Source of the DNA: Eukaryota sp. TZLM1-RC
Lineage: Eukaryota; Protista; Metamonada: BaSk clade
DNA length: 64,000 nt
Direction of reading: 5' to 3'
Assembly: GCA_040285825.1 (NCBI GenBank)
Contig: JAUPSS010000007.1
Span: 1,958,689 to 2,022,688, forward strand
Positions 36,460 through 46,634 of the stretch are shown here, piece after piece. The notes under the pieces were generated by a model that ran no database searches, was not told the DNA's origin, and saw nothing but the letters and a program-made list of their open reading frames with translations. The position numbers and the translations under genes are program-made. The stretch's first letter is position 1. Each line of letters begins with the position of its first letter.

Positions 36460-38491
36460 TTAAGCCGAATAAGCAAACATTGATTTTCTATTTTTTTCCT
36501 TGACGATTAATTCTCTCTCTGCTAAGTTGTGTAAACAATCAGATATGAAGCTATCAGAAACATTGAAACCAAAGTTAAAAGTTTGTTTTCTAATAGCAGA
36601 AAATGATAACCTTTTGTTTTTCTTTAATAGCCGAACTAAAAAGGCCTCAACTTTTTGAACTGGACCAAAAACACTGTGGTCAAGAGAAGTCAAGGGATTT
36701 TCTTCCTTTACCAATGTTTGCGAAGCCATCTGTGGATCATAAAGATCTGATACTTGATCTAAATCTGGATTAATCCTAACAGAATCGCCATCAAGTATCA
36801 AAACATTAGCTTCTGTTAACAAATTTAAATGTTTTGTAAGCAAATCTGACTTAAAATTGGAACCATCATGGGAAAGTAACGGGTCTAACCCTAGAGAATC
36901 ATCCAATGTTTTAAAAAGAGACAATATTAACCCTTGAATTAAAAAACACCTAAAAATAACCTGTTTAGAACCAGTATTGAACTGAACAACTACATTGCTA
37001 AGAGGCCAATTTGGTTCAACAGTCTTGTGATTTAAAAAATTGGAATGAGATTTGAAAAGCTCAAAATTATTGATTAAAGGTCTGGTGAACAGAGCAGGAA
37101 AGGCCGATAGATCAAAATTAATAGAACCGATAAAGAAATTCCAATAACTTTTACAACAAAGGAATACGGAGAAGTCAGAAACAAGTTCCTGAGAAACCAT
37201 TTTAGAAGATTCAAAATCGGAAACAATACCATGCAAATGTTCATCATCAATTAAGGAAACTAATTTTTTCAGATTTGAAAAATTGATATGTGAATTATTA
37301 AAGCATTTTAACAATTTACTACAAAGAATTGGCTTCATTTTTGACACAATTGTGGAAAGATGTTTCAACTGAATGACTTTAAAAGAATTGGTGTAAAATT
37401 TCAAGAATATGGGGAAAAATTCGCCAAAATTTAATATCTTTGCACCAAAGAAAAGATCAAACACTTGAAAGAAAAGATCAACGGACATTTGCTTAAAAAT
37501 TGGCTTAAATAGACGAGTTAGATCTTTCTTTTCGTAAACCACACAATAAATAATTAAAATGGACTCCAAGTAATCATTGTGTGTGGCAGTTTTGTTTAAA
37601 TCGAGCAAACTGAGAAGAAATTCCTGAAAAAATGAATTACTGGGCAAATTTAAATTATAATAGTAGAAAAAGAAAAATTCCTTGGGGTTAAAAAGCTTTG
37701 GAATTACTAGTGACAAAGCCCAAAACTTTATTGATAACTTCAAAATGATTTTCATTAAGAAATAACTTTTCAACAATTGAATTAATTTGCTTATCACAAA
37801 AAGATCTCAAAAAAGCAGACTTTGAATTATTCAACAGCAGATAGAGTTTAAACAAGGAGTATGTTTTTCTCAATTGATCAAAAGAAATCAAAAGATTGAT
37901 GACGTGATCCCTAATCAAATTTGATAAAGACAAAGCTAGATCCGGAAAGTGAATATCTAAAACAGCACAAAGAGAGACAAAACTAGATTTCAAGCTAAAA
38001 TCCTGAGCAATATTGTCGAATATTATAGAATTTCCCACAATGTTATTAAAATCTAATTCATTAATAATAACTAACAACTGATTCTTCATATAGGCACTAC
38101 ACACTTCCTTAATAGTTCTGACACTGGTGGTTATCTTCATATCATCAGGATTGGAGATAAATGACTCAACAGAGAGGTGTACAAGATCATGTACCAAATA
38201 GTCATTTATAAAACCAAACAAAGAGATGAAAAGACGACTATGTTCCTCAAGGGTGTTTGATGTGGCGAGAAGGTCAGCTAAACAAGGGGAAGATATTGAG
38301 GGTAGAGGTAATGATGATAAAAAATGATCTATCCATTGGTAAAGAAGTACCGAATTAGCAATATCTTCAATGACTGCATAGTTATAGGCCCATGTGTAGA
38401 CTTGTCCAAGTACTTTGGATGGAACACGTTTGTCAGAGACTATGAGTGAACAAGCCTTTTGAAGTATCCGCAGGAGATTATCAGGAAGCAT
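36460..38491 (-). CDS. Divergent cullin-like protein; probable 31-nt intron 37696-37726
   Basis: C-terminal VEAFLVRLLKKNK...ISDCLHNLAERELIVKE...FAYSA resembles the cullin neddylation (winged-helix) domain. A GTTTTG..AAG intron joins the two ORFs in frame. Confidence 0.65.
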
Positions 38492-38787
38492 GGACTACGT
38501 TGGACTAGAACTGATTAGATGAGTCATGCATGTAAGAGATTTTGATGGGCTTTCAGAAGATTTTCAAAAAAGTCATCTTCCATTTAGTTGCTTCCATTTC
38601 CAATTCCATGCAGGTTTTGAGGATGTGGAGCTTTAATTGTTATTTGATGTCTCTACTTCTGGGCTTTGTGTAATAAAAAGATTATAGAAATAAATATTGC
38701 ATTTCTTGGCAGTCATTAATGTTTGAGTGTTTTGATGTAATCTTCATGCTCCTTTCATGTCCCCATTTCTATGTCATAATAACTGAA

Positions 38788-38923
38788 TGTTGTACTGTGG
38801 ACAATTAGTCTAGTACATTTATATTTATATAACATAGTTCACTAGTGATGGCCTTTATAAGGGCCGGTGAAATTCTAATAAATTATTCCTTATTCTTTGT
38901 TATCATATATGGATAGAGCATCA
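38788..38923 (+). repeat. 5' LTR (136 bp)
   Basis: Direct repeat of 45560-45695. Confidence 0.98.
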
Positions 38924-41900
38924 TTAATTAATGGCTTGAATAGCCACAATGATAACCCTCCTTCCTCTATGAGGAAGAGTAATGTCCCTTCTTTGAAGGA
39001 GAACAATCCACCGCCCTCGGTGAGTAATCCTCCACCTACGGAGAGTAATCCTTCCTTCGGGAAGAGTAATCCTCCAAAGGAGAGTGAGCTTTCCGCTGAG
39101 AAGAGCATTGCCTCTCAGAAAGAAAGCCACCTCCCCAATAAGGAGAGTGAACTTCGCACTGAGGAGAGCCCTACCTCCCAGAAAGGAAGTCACCTCCCTA
39201 ATACGGAGAGAGGTAACCACGTTGTTGATGTGTCAGAACTGTACACATACCCCGACAACTCCTCGGAGCTCCTTCCTTGTAGGAAGAGTTTTCTCACTCC
39301 GAGCGAGCAACGGAGATTCAAAGCGTTTGTTGTAAGTAACAAATCTGACGCTTGTACAGAAGGTGAAGGAGGCGAAGGCGAGCAACAGTCTACGACTGGC
39401 TCCTCACGTAAAACTCCCTCCTCACCTACTTCTGACACCAGCTCAAGTGAGGAACCTCAAAGTGATTCCAGAGGATCTCTTGATCAGAACTACAGTAGGA
39501 GAGGGGATGAGAGCGATGATGAACCACCTCATACACCCAATCCTTCTAATCCAACTCCTAGTTTTCCATCTACGGAAAGGACTTCTCAGGGTCTTTACCG
39601 AAGGAAACTAGCTAAAGCAGTTGAGGCTGTAACTAGAGATTTCTTATTGGACCTCATCGCCAATCCTCCTGATGATGTAAAGGATTGGAGTGATGACGAA
39701 TTATTAAAAATGGCTGAGAATGAGTCAGAGCGTCTTGCGGGAGACGTAGACCCAGCCGAATGTGAGAAGGTGCGACGTGACTATTTAGCGAAACGTTGGC
39801 CCTTCCTCTTTGGGGAAGCCCACGGCAAAACACTTGACGACGTCGTCTACGAGAGTTATGATCAAAGTCCAAATCTTTTAAAGAGATTGGATGATCTTAC
39901 CGATTCGGCAGTCTCGTGTGGAATGAGTGCAGTCGAGGATTGCTATTTTAGCGCACCTCGTTCAAAGTATCAAGCTGCTACTCCCAGGCCTGCCAAATGG
40001 CATAGGGATGCAATTGATGACCACAAAATATATTTCAGTGGAAATCAAGAAGCTTACGACAGACTATTTTGGATAGCTAAAATGTATCCTCATAATCAAC
40101 AAGGTAGAAACCTTAGAGGCGTCGTAAGTCATTTCCTAGTGGAGAATGTACACCCAAAAGATTCCATTGCGGACATTTTTATTATGCTTGGGGGCAGATT
40201 CGATGAATCTCGAGGTGACACCCTTCAATTTCATACCAAAGAGTCCTATATTAGAGAAATAGGCACAAGGGTAATTGAATTGAAAGAGCAACGTGTTGGC
40301 CCCAACAAGTTAAAACTAGTATACCCTGATGCATGGATGGCTAAACTTAAGGCATGGGTTGATAGCTGGCCCGACCAAAATGTTTTTGAGAATGTCTTAA
40401 TAAAGAGAAGTTGCCTTCCATATGATCATAAACTAGCAGGGGTCCCTAGAGGATCTAAAGATGCACCAGATTGGGTGGATTTAAGGCCACCAGCCCAGAC
40501 TGTACCTGTGCAGGAGGAACCTCCTAAGACAAGATTTATCATTAAGTTGGGCGAAACATTGCCTTCAGAAGAGAGGAATATGAACCTATTTGGTACACCT
40601 TCTGTAGGGCCTCTGGCATCTAGGAGAGCTTCTTGTGAAGCAACTCCTACACAAGCATCTGTTATAAAATCATCTATACCCACGCAACCCCTAGGAACGA
40701 ATGCTCCTAGAGATTCTCTCGTCGACACCCTCGGTCTTTATAGAACTCCTGTAACAGACGAGGAGAAATTGAGGAAAAGAATAGACGACAAACTTAGATG
40801 CCTAGTTAAGTTAAATGAAGCGTTTGACGCCAAGAAGATCTTCGACTTCGTGCTTAACTTTGGCAATTGGGCTAAAACAGTTAGGGATCGCGATGGACCC
40901 ACCAGAGCATTTACGCCGATCACCAAATACGGTCAACCTGTTCATCAGTACGACTTCGTTAGATCTATGTTCTTCGAAGTTGACCCTTTGTATTTGAGAT
41001 TTATGATCGAGGGTAAGGTCATCGCAGAATGGCAGAGTTTTTATGGAGGCCGTACAAACGTGTTAGGCAACAACCCATCTGACGCCGAAATCTGGGAATA
41101 TTTGCTACTCAGCACCCAGTACAAATACCCTACCGATGTTGAAAAGGCTTTAAGGTCTGTAAGACCACCTGAGATCAGTCGCAGAATGACTGCTGAATCT
41201 TCGTGGACAGCCTTCATAGAGCAGATCATATATATAATTCGACGCTCTACAATTATGCCTGGAACGGATGGTAATCCGTCTGTCGTCTACCCAGCAAAGA
41301 GATTTCTCGAAACTATTAACGACAAAACAAACAATCAATTGATGGACACATATATCATTTGGATTGGCAAGTTTGATTCGAGTAACGAGAAACTGGGCGA
41401 TGCGATTTACGATTTAGGTAACACATTTGTTAACAAGGTCAATAGCCTTGAATCCTCGATCAAAGACATGAATTTGATTAGAACAGCTTTTGGTGCTCAC
41501 GCTCCTGCGCAAAACGGACGAAGCCAGTCAAAAGGTCCTTTTAAGAACCCTAGAGTAAGTAGTCGACCCATCCCTTCAGAGCAATGGTGTAACTTATGTA
41601 ATACCAATAAACATCCTGAAGAGAAATGTTTTAAATTAGTGGGAAGACCTGGTTCAAAAAAACGTCATGGAGGTGAAAGACGTGATAGAAAACGTAAAAG
41701 TAGTAGTAATAAACCAGATGATTATACATCTTTTAACAATAACCTTACAAATAATTCAATCAAATCCATTTATAAAATGAGCAAAACAGATTCGAATTAT
41801 AATCACCTAAATCCATTAAAAAGATTTAGAGAGTCATCCAATCCTGTGGGTTCTATCCACAGTGTTAGACTATCCAGGGTAGCAGAGGACCAAGAAAGTT

Positions 41901-44900
41901 TTAACGGGGAACTTTGGTTAACCTGCACCATAAATAACGTGGAAGTACAAGGCGAAATTGATAATGGAGCTGCATTTTCAGCATTATCAATGGATTTAGC
42001 CTCTAAATGTAATATGACAGTTAATGACAATAAGACTGTCGAATACTTATCGGCAAATGGTATTCGCTCCACGACCCTGGGATGTGCAAGTGGTGTTCTT
42101 GCTCTAAATGTGGATAGCTTGGCCACTCAAGTGTTTTTAAGGATCGAATTCCAGATCATTCCTGGTACCAATAATTTTTTGATCGGAAGAGACTTATTAC
42201 AAACCTTGGGGCTACGCACGGAGCACGGTTTTAATATTAATTTGGATCGCGAACATCGCACCATCTTAAATGCTGAATGTGAGTTTGATAATAGAATTTG
42301 TCAACCAATTAGATTCATTGAACAATTGAGTAATAAATCAGACTTAGGTAATGATTTTGGGCATTCCACATTTAGACATGAGTTAGATGAGTTGGGCTGT
42401 AGAATATGCCTGGATGACATTAGGGACGAGGAACGCCTAGTCGTGCTACTCGAAAAATATAGAAATGTATTTAGTGGGCTACCTCACCCGGATGGAATTG
42501 ATTGTCAGCCGATGACCATTCCATTTTATGACGAAAGTAAGGTCGTCAAAAGGAAACCTCGAAAATTAAACCCAGAAAAACAACGGGTAGCCGAGGAAAT
42601 TTTTAACGAATTGATCCGTAATGGATTTGCTGTGCCCGCAAAGTCTCAATTCAGTAGTCCCATCTGTCTTGTGATTTACCCTGATCACAGGAAGCCACGA
42701 TTAACTGGCGATTTTAGTGGTATTGGTGGAGTAAACGATTTAACTAAACCTGTAGAGGCAAATTTGCCCAGGATTAGCGACATTTTAGAGTTTCTAAGTA
42801 AAGCTAATTATATAGCAACTCTAGATTTACCTAAGGCATTTTGGCAGCTCAAAATTGCAGAAGAGGATATTGATAAAACTACCGTATCAATTCCCGGAAT
42901 GTCGATCAGTTTTAAAAGGGCTTGTTTTGGTTTGAAGAACGTTCCTGCAGTCTTCCAAAACATGATGATGGAAATATTTGATTCTGAGGGTGTATTTATT
43001 TATATCGATGATACAATAATAGTAGCTTCAACCCTGGACGAATTTCTATCTAGAGTAGGTACGGTCCTAGAACGCGCCAAACGTTTTAGAGTTAACCTTG
43101 GCCTACCCAAGTGTAGCTTTACCACTTGCAAACATGAAATAAAAATTCTAGGTAGTATTTTTGTAAACAAAACCCGTTATATAGATGAATTTAGGATTGA
43201 GGGACTGATCAACCTACCCAAACCCAGGACATTACCTGAAGTTAGGAGTTTTATAGGATCGATCAATTATATACGTGACTGGTTGCCAAATTTGTCTGAC
43301 TTGATAGAACCAATCAACAAATTAACCAGAAACAAACCGTCAAAGATCAAGTGGACTTCTGATCATGACGAGGCTTTTGGTAAGATTATAAACCTTATTA
43401 AAGCAAATATCCCTCTTGAATTGCCCTCAGAAGACAAGCACATTTTAATAAGTGCGGATGCGTCTGATGTGGCTGTAGGTGGAGTAATATGGCAAGAAGC
43501 TAACCCACCTAAAGATCCTACGACACCGCTAATTAAGAGAAAGGTTGTACCTATTGCCTTCTTTAGCAGATTATTATCAACTTCACAAAAGAATTGGTCT
43601 GTACTTCAGAAAGAGTTGTATGCAATTTTACTAATTCTCACTGACAGTAGTTTAGAAAATTATTTAATTTCGAGGAAATTAACTATTTTCACTGATCATA
43701 GAAATTTAGCATACCTTATATCAGCTCCTGAAAAGAACAGAATTGTGAAGAGGTGGCTACCAATATTGTCAGAATTCAATTTTGATGTAGTCCACACGGC
43801 AGGCGAGGAGAATTATTGGGCAGACATGTTGTCTAGATTGGTTGATACCAAACCCAAAACCCCTCGAGTCCAACAAGTGAGAAACTTGGCACCTCACAGA
43901 GTTGAAGAACAATTACCCTATTTAAATTTATTAACTAGAGTTAATTTGTTAAGGGATGATATTACTCAACCGTCCACAATTGAGCTACCCACGATCAATA
44001 GCTTATCTGCACTGAAAGAAGCAGTTGAGGATACTAAATTTGATTTATTTGACACTTGGATCTCAAAGATTAGGCAAGAACAACTTATAGATGTTGATTC
44101 AAATCCTGATTATTATAAAGATTACAATTATAATTCAGATATTCAATTGTATACCAACAATCGTGGGAAGATTGTTATCCCAGATAGTTTAAAGAAGCAG
44201 ACTTTAACTATCATTCATGGACATGCAAATGTTGGCCATCCTAGTGTGACGACTAGCGTAAAGAAATTACTCAATAGTGATTACTTTTGGCCCGACATGC
44301 GCAACGACATGATTAATCATATTAAGAGATGCCCAGCATGTCAAAAGACGGCACATGTGCCTAAAAAAGTCATTGAATCATCTGGCTCTCTTTGGGCTGA
44401 TCGACCTTTTGCACGATTAAACGCAGATACTATTGGACCATTACAACAAGATGATAATGGATTCAAATATTTAATAGTTTTCGTAGATTCGTTCACTAGG
44501 TATACGATCATTTGCCCTGTAAAGGAATTGAATGCAGTGGAGGCAACCAATCACCTCCTATGGAGTGTAGTATCAATTTTTGGTATCCCACTGTTGATTC
44601 ATAGTGACAATGGTATTGAATTTGCAAATACCATATTCAAAGGGTTATGCGATTTATTAAACATTGAAGTAAGTCGTTCACTAACTAGCTTTTCACAAAG
44701 CAATGGTTTAGTAGAAAGACGACACAGAGACATCTTACAAAGTCTAAGAAAGATTTTGGTGGACTCTGGCGATTATAGCAATTGGAGTGAATATATCCCA
44801 ATTGTACAACTTCAAATCAATTCAACTATTAGTAGAGTTACTGGTCATTCGCCCTACAATTTAATGTTTGGTAGCGACCACAGCCCTAGAGCTGATCCTA

Positions 44901-45559
44901 GTAATATGTTTGAATTAATAAAATCAGCTAATGTTAATATTCCCTTTGTTAAAGATCTTGAAGCAAAACTTGAAAGGATTTCAAAGAAGAGAGAAGAGGC
45001 AGAGCTCAGGCAAGCTCAACAACTGCCTGAAGTTAACAAACATAGGAACCCTTTTAATAAAGGTGACTTAGTTTTGCGATTAAAGACTAATGGTAAACTC
45101 CATGGTTGCTTCGCTGGCCCTTTTCTCGTTGAAGAAGTTAAATCCAATAAAAGTTCATTACTCAAGAATCTTGTCACTGGTTCGATGTCTACGGCAAGTA
45201 TAAATCATTGTAAACTATACCTTTCAGACTTCCCTAAAGAAGATCTTGATTGGCATAAGAATATTGCTGCTGGCGATATGGAAGAATCTGTAATCGTTAA
45301 AATTATAGATCACTTTGATTACGTAGATTCGAACAATAATAAAGTTCCTTATTGTACCGCAGTTTGGTATGGCGGCGAGACTTCGTCTGTCCCAGTTGCT
45401 GACGTCAAAAGCACTGAGGCATATCAAACATATTTGCGCTCTATTAGTCCTCACACTACCAGGAAACGGAAGGTATCTTCTAATTCCAAATCTAAGACTA
45501 ATTCCCCTGCAGTCAGTACTCGTAGCTCTCGTTCGAGATCTAAGAGAGGGAAAAGGTAG
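38909..45559 (+). CDS. Gag-Pol polyprotein, 2216 aa (Gag-CCHC-PR-RT-RNaseH-IN-chromo-like)
   Basis: CNLCNTNKHPEEKC; IDNGA; LDLPKAFWQ, FGLKN, YIDD; ADASD, QKELYA, TDHRNL; H-H-CPAC, DTIG, DNG, ERRH; C-terminal chromo-like segment. Confidence 0.97.
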   Translation: MDRASLINGLNSHNDNPPSSMRKSNVPSLKENNPPPSVSNPPPTESNPSFGKSNPPKESELSAEKSIASQKESHLPNKESELRTEESPTSQKGSHLPNTERGNHVVDVSELYTYPDNSSELLPCRKSFLTPSEQRRFKAFVVSNKSDACTEGEGGEGEQQSTTGSSRKTPSSPTSDTSSSEEPQSDSRGSLDQNYSRRGDESDDEPPHTPNPSNPTPSFPSTERTSQGLYRRKLAKAVEAVTRDFLLDLIANPPDDVKDWSDDELLKMAENESERLAGDVDPAECEKVRRDYLAKRWPFLFGEAHGKTLDDVVYESYDQSPNLLKRLDDLTDSAVSCGMSAVEDCYFSAPRSKYQAATPRPAKWHRDAIDDHKIYFSGNQEAYDRLFWIAKMYPHNQQGRNLRGVVSHFLVENVHPKDSIADIFIMLGGRFDESRGDTLQFHTKESYIREIGTRVIELKEQRVGPNKLKLVYPDAWMAKLKAWVDSWPDQNVFENVLIKRSCLPYDHKLAGVPRGSKDAPDWVDLRPPAQTVPVQEEPPKTRFIIKLGETLPSEERNMNLFGTPSVGPLASRRASCEATPTQASVIKSSIPTQPLGTNAPRDSLVDTLGLYRTPVTDEEKLRKRIDDKLRCLVKLNEAFDAKKIFDFVLNFGNWAKTVRDRDGPTRAFTPITKYGQPVHQYDFVRSMFFEVDPLYLRFMIEGKVIAEWQSFYGGRTNVLGNNPSDAEIWEYLLLSTQYKYPTDVEKALRSVRPPEISRRMTAESSWTAFIEQIIYIIRRSTIMPGTDGNPSVVYPAKRFLETINDKTNNQLMDTYIIWIGKFDSSNEKLGDAIYDLGNTFVNKVNSLESSIKDMNLIRTAFGAHAPAQNGRSQSKGPFKNPRVSSRPIPSEQWCNLCNTNKHPEEKCFKLVGRPGSKKRHGGERRDRKRKSSSNKPDDYTSFNNNLTNNSIKSIYKMSKTDSNYNHLNPLKRFRESSNPVGSIHSVRLSRVAEDQESFNGELWLTCTINNVEVQGEIDNGAAFSALSMDLASKCNMTVNDNKTVEYLSANGIRSTTLGCASGVLALNVDSLATQVFLRIEFQIIPGTNNFLIGRDLLQTLGLRTEHGFNINLDREHRTILNAECEFDNRICQPIRFIEQLSNKSDLGNDFGHSTFRHELDELGCRICLDDIRDEERLVVLLEKYRNVFSGLPHPDGIDCQPMTIPFYDESKVVKRKPRKLNPEKQRVAEEIFNELIRNGFAVPAKSQFSSPICLVIYPDHRKPRLTGDFSGIGGVNDLTKPVEANLPRISDILEFLSKANYIATLDLPKAFWQLKIAEEDIDKTTVSIPGMSISFKRACFGLKNVPAVFQNMMMEIFDSEGVFIYIDDTIIVASTLDEFLSRVGTVLERAKRFRVNLGLPKCSFTTCKHEIKILGSIFVNKTRYIDEFRIEGLINLPKPRTLPEVRSFIGSINYIRDWLPNLSDLIEPINKLTRNKPSKIKWTSDHDEAFGKIINLIKANIPLELPSEDKHILISADASDVAVGGVIWQEANPPKDPTTPLIKRKVVPIAFFSRLLSTSQKNWSVLQKELYAILLILTDSSLENYLISRKLTIFTDHRNLAYLISAPEKNRIVKRWLPILSEFNFDVVHTAGEENYWADMLSRLVDTKPKTPRVQQVRNLAPHRVEEQLPYLNLLTRVNLLRDDITQPSTIELPTINSLSALKEAVEDTKFDLFDTWISKIRQEQLIDVDSNPDYYKDYNYNSDIQLYTNNRGKIVIPDSLKKQTLTIIHGHANVGHPSVTTSVKKLLNSDYFWPDMRNDMINHIKRCPACQKTAHVPKKVIESSGSLWADRPFARLNADTIGPLQQDDNGFKYLIVFVDSFTRYTIICPVKELNAVEATNHLLWSVVSIFGIPLLIHSDNGIEFANTIFKGLCDLLNIEVSRSLTSFSQSNGLVERRHRDILQSLRKILVDSGDYSNWSEYIPIVQLQINSTISRVTGHSPYNLMFGSDHSPRADPSNMFELIKSANVNIPFVKDLEAKLERISKKREEAELRQAQQLPEVNKHRNPFNKGDLVLRLKTNGKLHGCFAGPFLVEEVKSNKSSLLKNLVTGSMSTASINHCKLYLSDFPKEDLDWHKNIAAGDMEESVIVKIIDHFDYVDSNNNKVPYCTAVWYGGETSSVPVADVKSTEAYQTYLRSISPHTTRKRKVSSNSKSKTNSPAVSTRSSRSRSKRGKR
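45542..45556 (+). promoter_or_regulatory. Polypurine tract (plus-strand primer)
   Basis: AAGAGAGGGAAAAGG, separated from the 3' LTR only by the TAG stop. Confidence 0.9.
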
Positions 45560-45695
45560 TGTTGTACTGTGGACAATTAGTCTAGTACATTTATATTTAT
45601 ATAACATAGTTCACTAGTGATGGCCTTTAAAAGGGCCGGTGAAATTCTAATAAATTATTCCTTATTCTTTGTTATCATATATGGATAGAGCATCA
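45560..45695 (+). repeat. 3' LTR (136 bp)
   Basis: Direct repeat of 38788-38923. Confidence 0.98.
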
Positions 45696-45959
45696 TGAAC
45701 CAAAATTGGTAACAAAACAGATTGTTGGAATTGTTTAAGCTACTAATTACAAAAAACAATAGGTGAGTAGCAGTGTGTTGAAATAGTGATCCGCAAAAAA
45801 CAAATGATTCAGAAATAGTGAACACTACTTCTATGGTAGTAGAAGCACAAAACACTTATTATAGGAGCATAGAACAGACATATCATGATTGTGCACTTCA
45901 ATTGTCAACATTGACCTTCTACAGCATGATCAATTTGTCGACAGGACTTTCCAAATCGG

Positions 45960-46620
45960 AGACATATGGTGATGTGATTTGACCCTATTTTTAAGAAGTT
46001 TAAACAAGTGAAGAAGAAGAGTAGAAGACTTCGGTAGCAGTAACATTTGAAGGGTAAATCGAGCTGATACATTGGATAGGCATTTGATGCCATTGTGAAA
46101 ATTAGCAATCAATTTGAAATTGCAACCAGCATGCCAGATATCGTGTCAGACAGCGGGATTATCTTGACTCTTCCTATTCTTCTCATATCATGCAGCAAAA
46201 AGAGAAAAAAAATAACGAGGTAACGGACTCAGTTCCCAGCTCCTCCTTTTACCTGTTCTTCACAGAACAGCAAAGTACTTCCTCCCGAACTCCTCAGTCG
46301 GGAACAGTAATCCTGCTTTACAGGAATAAAAGGAAGGTCAGAGCCTCGATTTCCTATAGGAATCGTCGTTCTGATCCTTCCGTGGGGTAGATTATAACAC
46401 TTTTTTCAGTCATTATTTGAGTCATGATATGGCTGCTATTGAATTAGCCATGGTATTAATGACCTTAGATATGGGTTCTTGTTCTTGTTGGTATTTTGTT
46501 TTGAAATGTTATTTTGATGTTATTGAGTTTGTTGTTATTTGTGGTTTCTCAGTACTTGTACTGTAGATATGGGATGTTGTGACTTAAATTGTGTTTTTGA
46601 TAGTGTTGAGTTTGATGATA
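45960..46620 (+). repeat. Second copy of the unknown ORF/hairpin block plus tandem repeats
   Basis: Inverted homolog of ~28090-28800. Confidence 0.85.
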
Positions 46621-46634
46621 ACGTTGATAAATTA

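Larger units (their letters stand above)
38788..45695 (+). mobile_element. Intact Ty3/Gypsy LTR retrotransposon C (6908 bp), TSD TGAA
   Basis: 136-bp LTRs with one mismatch and TG..CA ends. TGAA at 38784-38787 and 45696-45699. Single uninterrupted ORF. Confidence 0.98.

Noticed and set aside
38932-38946. TGGCTTGAATAGCCA as a canonical tRNA PBS
   Set aside because: TGG is 8 nt from the LTR end, is part of the palindrome, and the following bases differ in element A. Not formally excluded without the host tRNA set.
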